Shown: piece by piece, positions 34,721-48,769 of the stretch
Numbering within the stretch: position 1 is the stretch's first letter
How the letters are laid out: each line of letters opens with the position of its first letter
From: Octopus bimaculoides
Taxonomy: Eukaryota
Assembly: GCF_001194135.2 (NCBI RefSeq)
Contig: NC_068987.1
Coordinates: forward strand, 47,562,122-47,626,121
Direction: 5' to 3'
Length of the DNA: 64,000 nucleotides
Made by a program: the position numbers and the translations under genes
The notes under the pieces: generated by a model
Databases searched by the model: none
What the model was told of the DNA's origin: nothing
Seen by the model: only the letters and a program-made list of their open reading frames with translations

Positions 34721-37700
34721 GATGGGGAAGCCACATATTTATTCCTCAGCAAGACTCATGCTCATGTCCCTCTATCATACTTTCATCTCCCTCAATTTAG
34801 GGGTTTTGTTATGTGAGGATTCAGTGATCTTGCCAGTGCTGGTGTCATTAAAAAAAAAAGCACCCAGTACACTCTGCAAAGTGATTGACACTAGGAAGGG
34901 CATCCATATGTATCTGGTAAAAACCATGCAGCTGTCAACAGCCCAGTCCATCATTAGAGACTAATGAGATGTATACAGTTCACAAGTAATGGAAGCTAAT
35001 GTCATTGCTGTATACAGAGTATTTTATTAGTTGGCAGTGCTGGTTTGAGACCCAACCTGAGTTCTTTTACAGGACTTATAAAAACTGAAGGAAAGCTGCA
35101 ATAAGTGTGTGAATCTGAGAGGGGAAATAAAATCATAATTAACTGATACTCTGGTATTTTCTTTTACTCAAAACCAGGAACTTTTCAAGCTTTCAGTGGC
35201 TCCAAAGATTATGGATCTATTGTTCACTCTGTAGTGTTTTAACCAGGTTAAACATTCCACATGTCCCACGTGAATTAATCATGTAAAATGTCCTATTTGA
35301 AAGACAGGCAGCTGTTGCATAAATTCCATTGATATAAATTAGCTCCATGTAAGCATGGTGTTGTGGGTTGAGACAGTTGACAAATTGCATTCTAAATATT
35401 GCAGAAAAACAGAGGGAAAATTTCCTTCCCCCATAAAAAGAGTAATTTTTCTTCATATAATCTACAGAAGTCTATTAAAACAGTGCCTGGAAAGTATTAA
35501 CAGGTGTTATTTGCCAGCATTGGGACATAAACAAATCCTTGAAGCACAGCTTTTAGTGTCATGACAATGTTAATAGCTATTCTTTTATTTGTTTCAGTCA
35601 TTTGACTGCAGCCATGCAGTCGAACAAATCAAAAGCCTAGTACTTAATCTATTGATCTCTTTTGCTGAACTGCTAAGTTACAGGGGTATAAACAGACCAA
35701 CACCAGTTGTCAAACAGTGATGGAGGTACAAACACAGACATAAAGACACACACACACACACATTGGGCTTCTTTTACTTTCTGTCTATCAAATCCAGTCA
35801 CAAGGCTTTGGTCAGCCCAAGGCTATAGTAGAAGATGCTTGTCCAAAGTTCCACACAATGGGATTGAACCTGGAACCATGTGGTTGGGAAGCAAGCTTCT
35901 TGGGAAGCAAGCCACATCTGCAACTATACAAATCATATTCTTTTTAAATATGTGATGTAGGCTCATGCATGGTTATAAGTGTAGGTATAGCAGTGTGGTT
36001 GAGAAGTTCATACCCCAACCACATTATTTTTGGTTCAGTCCCACCTTGGGAACCTTAGGCACATGCATTCTACTACAGCCCCAGGTTGATGAAAGCCTTG
36101 TGAGTAGATTTGGTACATGGAAACCGGAAAAAGCCCATTGTGTGTATGCGTGTATATACATATGTGTATACATGTGTGTGTGTGGGTGGGGTGGTTTTGG
36201 ATTTATGAATGTGGGTCTGGGTGCATGAGTAAGTGAATGCTCATTTATATGAGGGTGATTGTGTGTATGTTTATGTCTCCTTGTCTTGATATTGTGTGAT
36301 GGTTGTGAATAAATATCATTGTCATATAAGCAGTGTCATTTTCCAATATTCTGGGAAAATATGGCTGGCCATGGATAAATATAACTTTGCCTGCAAACAG
36401 GTGAGGGTTGGCAACAGAAATATCATCTGGTTGTACAAAAATTTTGTCTTAATAAGTCCATGGAAAAGTGGAGATTAAAATGATGATGATAGTGATGGAA
36501 GTTTTTGTTAAGGAAGATTCAAGAAGAATAATTGATTTATGTAAAGATTTATGTTGATAAATATAAAGAATTTTAAATACTTATATAACTAGGAAACTAA
36601 AATTCATTTGTAAAATTTGGCAATTTTGTAGCTACATTCTGAAATAGTCATGTTTTAAAATCCTATTATAAGTGCAGGCATGGCTGCATGATGAGAAGTT
36701 TGCTTTCCACCCATGTGGTCTTTGGTTCCATCCCACTACATTGCACCTTATGCAAGTGTTTTCCTCTATAGTCCTAGGTTGACCAAAGCCTTGTGGGTGG
36801 ATTTTGTAAATGGAAACTGAAAGAAGCTTGTTAAGCTTGTTGTGTGTGTGTGTGTGTGTGTATACACACACATATATAATACATACATATTCATGTGTGT
36901 GTGTGTGTGAATTTGTATTTGTCTCCCACCAACGCTTGACAACTGGTATTGGTTTGTTAATTACCTCGTAACTAAGTGGTTTGGCAAAAGGAGACCTACA
37001 TAAATACCAGGCAAGGATGCAGTTCAGAGACTGAAACAAGTAAAGTATAAAAGATGCCTGTGTAACATCAGAAAGTGGGTTGTTTACAAGAGGCAATTGT
37101 TCATTTTGCTTTCCTATGTCTTGATTTCCCTTAGCAATGACTTTGATTTTCCCTTCTGATCATTTAAGGAATATTCCCTCATCAACAGTAAAGTGGTTAG
37201 TATTAGGGAAGAGATCCATTTGTAGAAACCATGTCATCACTGAGACACTAGAGCAACACATGGTCTTTTAACCTCTTCAATCTTGTCAAAACATGTAACC
37301 CATGTTTGTATAGAAATCATCATCATCATCATTTAATGTCTGTTTTTCATGCTGACATGGGTTGGATGATTTGACCAGAGCTGGTAAGGCCAGGGTCCAC
37401 ACCAGGCTCCATTGTCTGTTTTGGCATGGTTTCTATGACTGGATGCTCCTCTTAACACCAACCATTCCACAGGATGTACCAGGTGCTTTTTATGTGGCAC
37501 CAGCAGCAATATCAAATCTGATGGATATTTTTCAGTAAAGGATTGCACCAGATATCTTGGTCATTAGTAATTTCCTTCATAAGGCTCACTGTCTTGAGAT
37601 CAGCCTTCAATAATTGATCCTATGTTTTCTCGGGTCTCCCTCTTCAACAAGTTCCATCCACTTTAAGTAATTGCAACTTCTGCATCCATGCACATCTCAT

Positions 37701-38780
37701 GACCAAACCAGTGCAATCTTCTCTCTTGTACACTGCATCTAATCCCTCTTTTGCCCAACTTTTCTTTCAATGCACTAGCACTCTGTCACACATGTACACT
37801 GAAATTGCACATCCTGTGGAGCATACTAGCTTCATTCCTCTCTAGCATTCACATGTCTTCTGCATTCAGGATCCATGTCTCACTACCGTGTAGCATTGCT
37901 AGTGGATGTAAAAATGATGGTGATACTGATGATGACGATAAATCTCATCATCATAATGATCTTCATAATTTTATAGCCATTTCTCCATGTTAGCATGAGT
38001 AGGGTGAGTCTAATTACTCATCATAACCCTTGTCATCTGGGCACAAAGAGTGACAGAAGGAACCCATCTGTGTTATTGTGTATACTATGTATTTTTTGCT
38101 GCATGTTTTTGTGGCTGGATCCTTTTCCAAACAGCAAACACTTTGCAGTATAGACTAGGGGCATTTATTGTGCCATCAACACTAGAGATGTTGTTTACAG
38201 CAAAACTATAGAGCCTTCTCTTACTATAACTGTATTTCTTCTTGAACACATGTTAAGTTGACTGGTCTATTGTACCACCATTTTTGTGACAAACCCCACT
38301 CCCACATGATATTAATACTTTTGTTTGTCTACTAAGATTCAAGTATGTTTTTTTATTATAGACTTTAATATTTTTATATCTCAATACATTGGTTTTCTTC
38401 AGTGTAAAACGGTTAGTGAACACGATTTAAATTTTATTACATACAGAATATAACACAAATTTAAGGAGGCTTGTATGCTTCAAAGAAAGCCCTTTGCAGG
38501 AGAGGGAGATGCATTTTTAAAATTCTCTATGTACTGTTTTTAATTACTGTATTTCATACATACCTAATTTTATGTCAGCATAAAAATGATTTGAAATAAA
38601 TTTCTTTAAGCTTATAAGTAACTCTATATCCATTTTATTACCTACATACAGATACTTCCTTTCCTTGTGTCAACACAAGACATTTAATACAGACATATCC
38701 ATTTGATAAATTTTCTGAGTTCCTTCCATATTTAAGCCTTTCTTTACTCTATTTCTATTCAAATACACCGCTTTTGAATT

Positions 38781-39300
38781 CATCATCATCATTTAACATC
38801 CGTTTTCCATGCTGGCATGGGTTGGATGGATTGACTGAGGTTTGAAAAGCCAGCAGGCTGCACCAGGCTCCAATCTGATCTGGCAGAGTTTCTGCAGCTG
38901 GATGCCCTTCCTAATGCCAACCACTCCAAGAGTGTAGTGGGTGCTTTTTACATGCCACCAGCAAGGGAGCCAGTCAGGCGGCCCTGGCATTGATCACATT
39001 TGGATGGTGCTTTTTACATGCCACCAACATGGGAGCCAATCAGGGGGCACTGGCAGCGACCACGTTTGGATGGTGCTCTTAATGTGCCACCAGTATGGGA
39101 GCCAGTCAGGCAGACCTGGCAATGGTCATGTTGGGATAGTGCTTTTTATGTGCCACCAGCATGCGAGCCAGTCAGGGAGTACTGGCATTGACCACGTTCA
39201 GATGGTGCATTTTACAAGCCACCAGCACAGAAGCCAATCAGGCGGCACTAGCTACGGCTATAATTTTGGTTTTACTTGACTCAACAGGTCTTCTCAAGCA
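38781..39300 (-). mobile_element. RTE-tail SINE carrying an internal 5 x 66-bp tandem array
   Basis: Units start at 38941, 39007, 39073, 39139 and 39205 (gtgctttttacatgccacc...). The 3' tail catcatcatcatttaacatccg lies at 38781. Confidence 0.85.
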
Positions 39301-40969
39301 TATCATATCAACTTTGTCCTTATTAATCTAGTGTTTGGAATGTAAATTAACAGGAAATTTTGATGGAAGGTTTTAATCTAGACCACTTTAAAAAGGAAGT
39401 GCACATTGTAGAAGCAGGGGCACTCAAACAGGTTAGTATCTAAAAAGGATAAACCTTTAAGTGTTCAAATTATTCTGTCAAATGTAAAGCTTATTTATTC
39501 ATATTGTTTTGAATTAGTTATGTATTGTCTCATAGTTTTGAGATTTTGATGATATCATTGTCTATTTTTAGGATGACATTGTAGGGTAGGTGTGAGAGGC
39601 TAGACCTAGCTAGTTTGAATTTAAAACAGGAGGCATATTTGGGCTAAAGGGTTAGTTAAATGTTCAATTAGTTTGGATCTTAGAGTCAGTTTCTTTGCTT
39701 TCTTGATCAGAATTAAAGCTAATGGTGTAATTTTAATTAAACATGTTTTTTTTTTGCTCCACTTAACTACATATCTACTAGTATCTCAGTTACAAAGAGA
39801 GAAAGAGAAAATCTGCTTCTTGATTTGGTACTGTTTATTATGATTAACCTTTAGCTTTGTAAANNNNNNNNNNNNNNNNNNNNNNNNNNNNNNNNNNNNN
39901 NNNNNNNNNNNNNNNNNNNNNNNNNNNNNNNNNNNNNNNNNNNNNNNNNNNNNNNNNNNNNNNNNNNNNNNNNNNNNNNNNNNNNNNNNNNNNNNNNNNN
40001 NNNNNNNNNNNNNNNNNNNNNNNNNNNNNNNNNNNNNNNNNNNNNNNNNNNNNNNNNNNNNNNNNNNNNNNNNNNNNNNNNNNNNNNNNNNNNNNNNNNN
40101 NNNNNNNNNNNNNNNNNNNNNNNNNNNNNNNNNNNNNNNNNNNNNNNNNNNNNNNNNNNNNNNNNNNNNNNNNNNNNNNNNNNNNNNNNNNNNNNNNNNN
40201 NNNNNNNNNNNNNNNNNNNNNNNNNNNNNNNNNNNNNNNNNNNNNNNNNNNNNNNNNNNNNNNNNNNNNNNNNNNNNNNNNNNNNNNNNNNNNNNNNNNN
40301 NNNNNNNNNNNNNNNNNNNNNNNNNNNNNNNNNNNNNNNNNNNNNNNNNNNGTAAATGAGCTATATAACTATTGACATTTTAGAAAAGAGGTTGGGAGTG
40401 ATATGGTATAGTTGGAAAGCAATAAAAATAGTAGATATGGGAATGTCCCTTTGACAAAGTTATCACAGAAATGGTTTTCACATTTGTGTAAATTTTTTTC
40501 CTTCAATTCTTTTCTTGTCTTGAGCTGTTATATCTGAGAAGTTTTCCATTCCAACAGACAAATTTCAAAGTTATGGGGGAAATGATCAAATGCAATTATT
40601 CTCATTCGTTTTTAATTGAACAATTATTTTTTATCTTTTATTTGCTTTAGTCATTAGACGGTGGCCATGTTGGGGGAACTGCCTTGAAGAATTTTAAGCC
40701 CAGTACTTATTCTGTTGGTCTCTTTTGCTGAACTGCTAAGTTATGAGGATGTAAACACACTAACATTGGTTACCAAGTTTTGGTGGGGGACGAAGACACA
40801 GAAACGCACACACACATCAATATATATATATATATATACACACACACATATATATACATATATATATACNNNNNNNNNNNNNNNNNNNNNNNNNNNNNNN
40901 NNNNNNNNNNNNNNNNNNNNNNNNNNNNNNNNNNNNNNNNNNNNNNNNNNNNNNNNNNNNNNNNNNNNN

Positions 40970-41008
<39 letters not shown>

Positions 41009-41728
41009 TGGCAATGCATCTCAACATTGCCTGGGTGTTATGACCTACAGCCGCATTGTATTATTTGTTCCTTTTTTTATGGACAGAATCAACACAGTTG
41101 ATATATAGTGAACTGGATTACTGGCGTAATGGAAGTTATTATTTGTTTAAAAGTGAAGAGGGGAGGGTACAATTAGCATGGGTTTGCATTAAAGTGCTTT
41201 CTGTTCTTAGTTTGTGATCCTTCTTATGTGTGGTTTCATCATATAAAAGTGGGTTAATATGATTTTGTGCAGAGATCACATTTTCAAAATTTAAATTTCC
41301 CCCCATCCTCACTGCAATTTCTTAATTTGTAACTTTTTCCAAGTTTTTTTTAAAAAAATTTTTTTATCCACGTAGAAAAATACAGAGATTATGAATCTGG
41401 GAAATATATATATTTTTTTAAAGTTTAATTTTTCTTAAAGAAACACTCAATGCCCCTTCCCCCACTTCACACACCCATTACCTACCTGCTTTCAAAAAAG
41501 CTAAAATCTTCCAATGTTTCACTTTCATCTGATGTTTCATGCATGCATAGAATTATACTAAAATAGCAGATGTAAAAAATACCAGACCACCACCAGAAAA
41601 CCTGACATGCTAGAAACAACAGGTAAACAACATTATTTCTTAAATTCAAATTACGACGAACGTAAATAAACAAAGTTTGCTTTTAGAAGTGTTGAGATGT
41701 CTTTAGAAAGTTAAAGAAGTAATTTTAA

Positions 41729-42011
41729 ATTCTCAATCGCAGAATAATGCTAATAATATAGCGTGAACAGGATAGATTACCCCTATTTTGCAGAGAAAAG
41801 TGTAGGTGGCTCATAAAGCGAGATTCATATATCTTAATTTGCAGAGGAATTTGTAGTGGGTAGTTTAGCTTAATCAGTCAAAGCATCGTGACGCGTAATC
41901 ATGGGGATGTGAGTTCGTGTCCACAGCTAGCCACCTACACTTTTCTCTGCAAAATAGGGGTAGTTTATCTTGTTCAGGCTATATTATTAGCATTATTCTG
42001 CGATTGAGAAT
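41729..42011. mobile_element. Palindromic MITE-like element with ~90-bp inverted arms enclosing a tRNA-like sequence
   Basis: 41722-41811 vs 41929-42018 are reverse complements with 4 mismatches. TTAA lies at 41725-28 and 42012-15, so the reconstructed empty site is ATTTTAAAAT. Confidence 0.85.
41858..41933 (+). tRNA. tRNA-like pseudogene (apparent anticodon CGT, Thr-like, non-canonical)
   Basis: Cloverleaf: GGGTAGTT/AGCTAGCC acceptor (7/8 pairs), GCTT/AAGC D stem, CGTGA-cgcgtaa-TCATG anticodon arm, GTGAG-TTCGTGT-CCAC T arm (1-nt deletion), then A-CC. U33, D-loop GG and A58 are altered, so it is unlikely to be functional. Confidence 0.6.
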
Positions 42012-44243
42012 TTAAAATCACAACATTATTTCTGTTGATTTATCATCATCATTTAACATCTGCTTTCCATGCTGGCATGGGTTAGACAGTTTGACTGGAA
42101 CTGGTAAGCCAGTGAGCTGCACCATGTTCCAGTCTCATTTGGCATGGTTTCTATGGATGGATACCCTTCCTAATGCCAATCACTTTACAGAGTGTGCAGA
42201 GTGCTTTTTATGTGCTACCAGCACAGGTGCCATTTACATGACACTGGTAATGACCACGACTTCATGGGTGCCATTTACATGACCACTGGCAATGGTCATG
42301 ACTATGGTTTCACTTGGCTTGACAATTCTCAAGCATAGCATATTGCCAAAGTCTCAGTCACTTGTCATCACCTCCATGAAGCCCAACATTCAAAGATGTT
42401 TCACTACCTTGTTCCATGCCTCCACGAAGCCTAACATTCAAAGATAATACTACTGGCAACAGCCACAACTATGATTTCATAGGAGCCATTTACATGACAC
42501 CAGCAATGGCTACAACACTTGGCTTGATGAGTCTTCGCATCCTTAATAACAATAGTTTTTAATTTAGGTACAAAGCCAGCATATTTTAGGGGAGAGAGTA
42601 AGTAAATACCATAGGCCCCAGTACCTCACTGATACTTTCTTTTATCAATTCCAAAGGGATAAAAGGCAAAGTTGATCTTAAAAGAATCTGAACTCAGAAA
42701 GTAAGGAAATGGAAAAAATACTGCAAAGCATAAAAAAATTCAATACTTTAACCATCCTTTGGGTTTTGGGGGTTCTATGCCAACAGTTCTGAGAGGAGGA
42801 GATTAGTTGGTATGATCAATTCCAGTATTTGACTGGTACTTAATTTTATTTGCCTTGAAAGGATGAAAGGCAAAGTTGAATTTGATCTGTACTAGAACAA
42901 TTACTGCAATGCATTTTCCCAATGTTCTCATTCTGCTAACTAACTGCTCTTAGTTTCTGATTTTCTGGGAAGGAGGAATAGTCAATTACATTGAGACCAG
43001 CATTTTTGTGGAAAGAGGAATAGTAAATTACATTGTCTCCAGTACTAAATGTTAAGGTCATCTTTCAGAAAATGGCTTTGCTAGTCATTGTTCCTGAACA
43101 CAAGGTTGAGCCATTAAAATAAATCATCTCCTGGGGCAATTCAGTTAAACTACACCCTTGCTCTACAATTTGTAGTCATTTAAGGCAGTGAGCCAACAGA
43201 AATGTTAGCACATCAGGCAAAATGCATCCACCTTTATGTTCTAAGTTCAAATTTCACTGAGGTCAACTTTGCCTTTCACCCTTTTGGGGTCAATAAAAAG
43301 GGTACAAGTTGAACAATAGGGTCAATAAAAAGGGTACCAGTTGAACACTAGGGTCAATGTAATTGACTAGCTTTCTCCTCTGAAACTGCTGACCTTGTGC
43401 CAAAATATGAAACCAATTTGTAGCCGTGTGCTGAAGTAAGAAATTAAATATCATTCTTACCCTTCAACTTGTCTATGGATATTCATTTTGCAACACCATG
43501 AATAGGCACATGCATAGCTGTGTGGCTTAAGAAGTTTGCTTCTCAATCACATGTTTTTGGGTTCAGTCCCACTCTATGGTATATGGAGTGTCTTCTAACC
43601 CCAGGCCAACCAAATCTTGTGAAGTAGATTTGCTGGACAGAAACTGAAAGACATCCATTCTGCATACACATACATATGTATGTGTGTGTGTTTGTGTTTC
43701 CTTGTCTTGACATCACGTGGGTGTTGTAAATGATTATCACCATCATACAAACAGTGTCCTGTTTCTAATCTTTCATGAAAAACATGTCGGTCATGGGCAA
43801 ATATTACCTTGCTAGGTGAGGGTTGGTGACAGGAAGAGCATCTAGCTATAGAAAATCTGTTTGACCTATGCAAGCATGGAAAAGCGGACATGAAAACGAT
43901 GATGATACTAGATTTGTTATAGTAAAACTTTGCATATATTTTTATTTTGCATGCATCTGTGTTTCTGCCTACGTAATGCATCTTTACTAGGCACTTGGAT
44001 ATGGCATTTGTGAAGATGTGTAGTTTTTTTTTTTTTATCATTAGTAATTATTAAATGCTACTGACCTTGTTCTCTGCATTCTAATGATTTAGGAAAAAAC
44101 AAAAAAAACAAGGAATAAGGATGTCCTTGAATTTCTCTAGGACTCTATAAATAGTGAATAAAGTGAGCTATTAGCTATAGCCATGATTCAAGAAAATATC
44201 ACAGATTTGGTAAACTGTCTAAAGTTACACATGTATATGCTTG

Positions 44244-44490
44244 TAGAGAACATAAATGTAGAATGTCTGCAAGGGGAGAACACAGCTATAAGATGGATGC
44301 ATGTGTAGAGTACACAGCTGTTGGATATCTACATGTTTAGAGAACATGGCTGTGGGATGTTTACATGTATAGAGAGCATCGATGTGAAATGTCAAAATGT
44401 ATATGTGCTTATAGAGAACACAGCTGTAGGATGTCTACATGTGTACATTCATGTAGAGAACACAGCTATGGAATGTCTACATGTGAATGT
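44244..44490 (+). repeat. Degenerate ~31-bp minisatellite (~7 units)
   Basis: Consensus approximately tagagaacacagctgtaggatgtctacatgtg. Confidence 0.8.
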
Positions 44491-47400
44491 ATGAATGAAA
44501 ATAGAATAAGATTTCTTTTTTTTAATGTTATTTACCTTGATTCTCTGCAAAAATATATTTATAGACAACCGACACCCATATTTGAACTCAGAATGTAAAA
44601 CAATGTAACTAAACATCATAAGCCCCTTTATCTGCTTCTCTACTGATTTTACCATCTATCATCATCTAAAAATAATGGCTTCAAATTTAGGCACAAGGCC
44701 AGCAATTTTGGGGGATGTGTAAGTCAATTACATTGACCCCAGTGCTCAGCTGGTACTTATTTTTATCAACCCTGAAAAGATGAAAGGCAAAGTCAACCAT
44801 AGCAATATTTGAACTCAGAATGCAATAATTCTACCAGCTTGTCCCATTTTTCAGATTTTAGTACAAGGCCAGTTATTCAGTGGGAGGAGGTTAGTTGATT
44901 ACATCTGTAGCGAGACCAATTTCTATTATGACACATTGAAGACAATTAGCCTTTTATAGGCTCAGCATGTCAATCTGTAATGATTAGTCGTTTTACCTAT
45001 CAATGTGAGTTTTGAACATTGGTTAAGCTCTGTGCTGTGACTGATTGAGTATTGTGCAGGATTTGGATTGAAATTCCAATCATGTTGCATGTAATACATT
45101 TTCAAACAACTAATCAATATGTGCTCTGGAGCCTACCTTTTCCCCATAAACTTGTGTAACAAATTATTGTAACCAGAGGTGTGAGTGATTTTCATGAAGG
45201 TGAGTTATGTTGATTTCCTGCTGTTATTAACCAGAGCAAAATTAATATAACAGGGCACATGTAACCAACAACAACCCAAGCTGAATTGTCTAAATGATGG
45301 ATGAACTACAACCATCAGAATTTCTTGTTTCTTTCTTGATCCACTGTACTACATTATGGAGGAATAGTCTCGCAGTCATTTTAAAAGCTCGTTTCTTATA
45401 TTACTTTTGTGAGTGAACGGGTTATATAATGGTATACAGGATTCATAAGTAAAACCAAGGGATACTTTAGTTAGACCACCACTAAACATTAACCCTAGTA
45501 CTCAAATGGTGTTTCATGTTATCAACCATGAAAGGATAACAGACAAAGTTGATATAGGTAACATTTGAATGCAGAACATAAAGAGATGGAAGAAATGCTG
45601 CTAAGCGTTTTGTCCGATACACTAATGATTCAGTCAGCTTACCATTTAATAACAACATAATTTTACTTTTGAATTTAGGCAAAAGATTACACATTTTTCT
45701 GGGTCTAGTAGACTTCAGTATTTTAATGATAGTTATTTGATCAAACCCAGAAGAATGAAAAGACAAAATCGCTATCAGTGAAATTTCAACTCACAAGACA
45801 TTTTCTTTGTTGCTCTACTAATCATGCTATCCACATTTTCTAAAATAATTTAAAATAATACCATTTTTTTAAAAACACAAATTAACACAAAAACAAGAAA
45901 TTTTCATTATTTTATTTCTAAGATGTAAAAAAGAAAAATTAATATTGAAAAGACAAACATATAACATTGTATTTTCAAAAGTAAAATCCAAACAGTTTTT
46001 TAAAAGTTATGATTAAAAAAACTGATCCTTTCCAAAACGGAGGAATTGCTAGCCTGGATCAGAAATCCTACACCAAAAATATTGAAAAAAAATTTTTTAA
46101 TTACTGCGAAATAAAAAGATTTTAAGGTTAAAACAACTGTAATAATAATAATAAAATTGTAGTAAGAATGGTGAAAAACACATCAAATTATATTTACTGT
46201 AGTTGGTTTATGTACTTACTATTGATCCCAGAATGCATTGCATGTAAAACTACAATTTGTGTGTATATGTATACATATATGTATATCATAAACATACATG
46301 TATAGATTTATACGCATATACATATATGTATACTTGCTTATATACAGAAATGAATATATGTACATATTAAACATACACACATATTTGCATATTTATATAT
46401 ATTGAACACGTGTGTGGATATATATACACTAAGATTCACACACACACACACGTGTGTGTGCAAGCTTATATACACATGTATGCTACAAACACACACACAC
46501 ACACCTAATTATTGGTTTTGTTGATGAGGTTTCACTCGACATCTCAGTTGCAGTGTCAACCAGTGTTCTTAAGTTGATATTGAAAAAGCAGAGACATTCC
46601 AGATGTGATCATCCCACTTCTCTGTTTCAGACAATACAGCCAGATCACATAATCTAATGTGTTCTAGCATGTTGAGTGACAACCATAGATGTTGGCTTGA
46701 TAGCCTGTATTATATGTCTTATTTATTTAATGAGAACACACAGATACATTGAAGATTTATAAAAACATTTCTAAGATTTTCTATTTGATTTTATTGTAGG
46801 AATACATATACACCAATACACCTCTTTGCAAACTTTTGTTACTGTCTTAGTCAAACAAATGAATCTTGTCATTTTACTTGCAACCTCCTGTTTCTTTTGT
46901 TAAGAACTTAACATGCATACATTATAAACAGATTTGTTTTAAATAGTATAGACATTTTCTTAAGAAATTGAATTAATAATTGACATCACTCATTTAATTA
47001 TAGCTACATAATTAACTACACAGAAATTACATAACATTAAAATGCAGAGTGCAACAAAAATATCTCATATTTATTCTTCTTGCTAAAAGTTTCAACAGCA
47101 TACACATAGTATGCACTAATCCAAACCATGATGGTCGCTGAAGAAAATTATAAAACGTTAGCTACTTGAAGACAGCATCACCAACTGTCTAGAACCACAT
47201 CAATGGCCATATAAAATATGGAAGGGTTTACTGTATTAAAAAAAACCTAACAAACTATTAGATAACCAAATGTGTAGTATGGAAACTTTCAAATACTACA
47301 TATTTTGTATGATTTTTTTAAATGACTATTTTTTTTTTAAATAGAGATAAACGGTATACCAAATAGATGAAACCAATGCTGTGTGTTTGCTAGCAGTTAA

Positions 47401-48000
47401 AACAAAGAGTCTTTTGAAGTCACATTTACTATAGTTTAAAATATGTAGGATTACATAGGAAATCTATACTCAAAATGTTAACATTAGCCCATCTCTACAC
47501 TATCTAATTGCCATGATTCCATGTTTATCAAATATACATGTGAACATATGGATTGCTGCACATGTACATAATGACTGATGTTTCATGCATGCATGTTACA
47601 CAGATAAGTATGAAAGTGAATACACATGAATTTGTCAATGTGTATTTATGAATATACATACTAACATACACAAAGGCAATGTGGTAAAAGTTTGTGTAAA
47701 TATGCATATACACAACTAAAAGTAACACTAACAGAGTGAAAATATACAGAGATTTATAATCAAAGTTATGTTTAACATTTTAACTCAATTAGTAATCACA
47801 AATTTGTAACATTTGATTATTTTCCCTTTTCAATCTAAGTAATAATGATAATGTGAAATATAATTAGTCCATGAAAAATATATTTTAGAGTTAAATCACT
47901 CACAGACAGTGGTAGTCTCACCAGTAAGGTAGAATTGTAACTTTTTATTTTCAAACATGTGACATCTTATAATATGTGAGTGCTTATGCACACACACATA

Positions 48001-48040
<40 letters not shown>

Positions 48041-48042
<2 letters not shown>

Positions 48043-48416
48043 TTTTATTTGTTTCAGTCATTTGACTGTAGCCATGCTGGAGCACCGTCTTTAGTCGAAC
48101 AAATTGACCCCAGGACTTATTCTTTGTAAGCCTAGTTCTTATTCTGTCTCATTTGATGAACCACTAAGTTACGGGGACATAAACACACCAACATCGGTTG
48201 TCAAGCGATGGTGGGGGGACAAACAGCACACACACACACACACACATATATATGACAGGCTTCTTTCAGTTTCCGTCTACCAAATCCACTCACAAGGCTT
48301 TGGTTGGCCCGAGGCTATAGTAGAAGACATTTGCCCAAGGTGCCATGCAGTGATTCTGATCCCAGGACCATGTGGTTGGTAAGCAAGCTACTTACCACAC
48401 AGCCACTCCTGCACCT
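48041..48416 (-). mobile_element. Well-preserved CORE-type (OR2-like) SINE
   Basis: Full reverse complement of the 4434-4882 family, adjacent to a (TA)n run. Confidence 0.85.
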
Positions 48417-48769
48417 ATATATATGCATTCATGTTTTATTTATTTTCAAATTTCATTAATAATATAGACATTGATTGCAATTTTATTTTCAATGTTTTAC
48501 ATTCATCTCAAATTTATTACCAATGTACATGTATGTATAAATTGCCAACATTTAATTTTTATTAAGAATATATTGTAATCATATTAAGAATATATAAATT
48601 TTAATTATATTATAAATAAATAAATAATTTATAATATGAATATATAAGTTTTGAATTATATAAATATAACAACATATTTGATAATTAAAATAATCAGTCA
48701 TAATATCATTGACTGTATGTAGGTGTATTTCATCAATATAAATAATATTGAATAATTAATATTAATAAA

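Noticed and set aside
35217-35400. Minus-strand acceptor-like site and 79-aa ORF
   Set aside because: No donor and no recognisable domain.
43287-43358. 32-bp tandem duplication within a SINE (similar small duplications at 34610-34690 and 60662-60698)
   Set aside because: Ordinary local slippage.
44906-45310. Possible solo LTR with TGTAG...CTACA termini interrupting a SINE
   Set aside because: No matching 4-6-bp TSD and no polyadenylation signal, so the evidence is insufficient.
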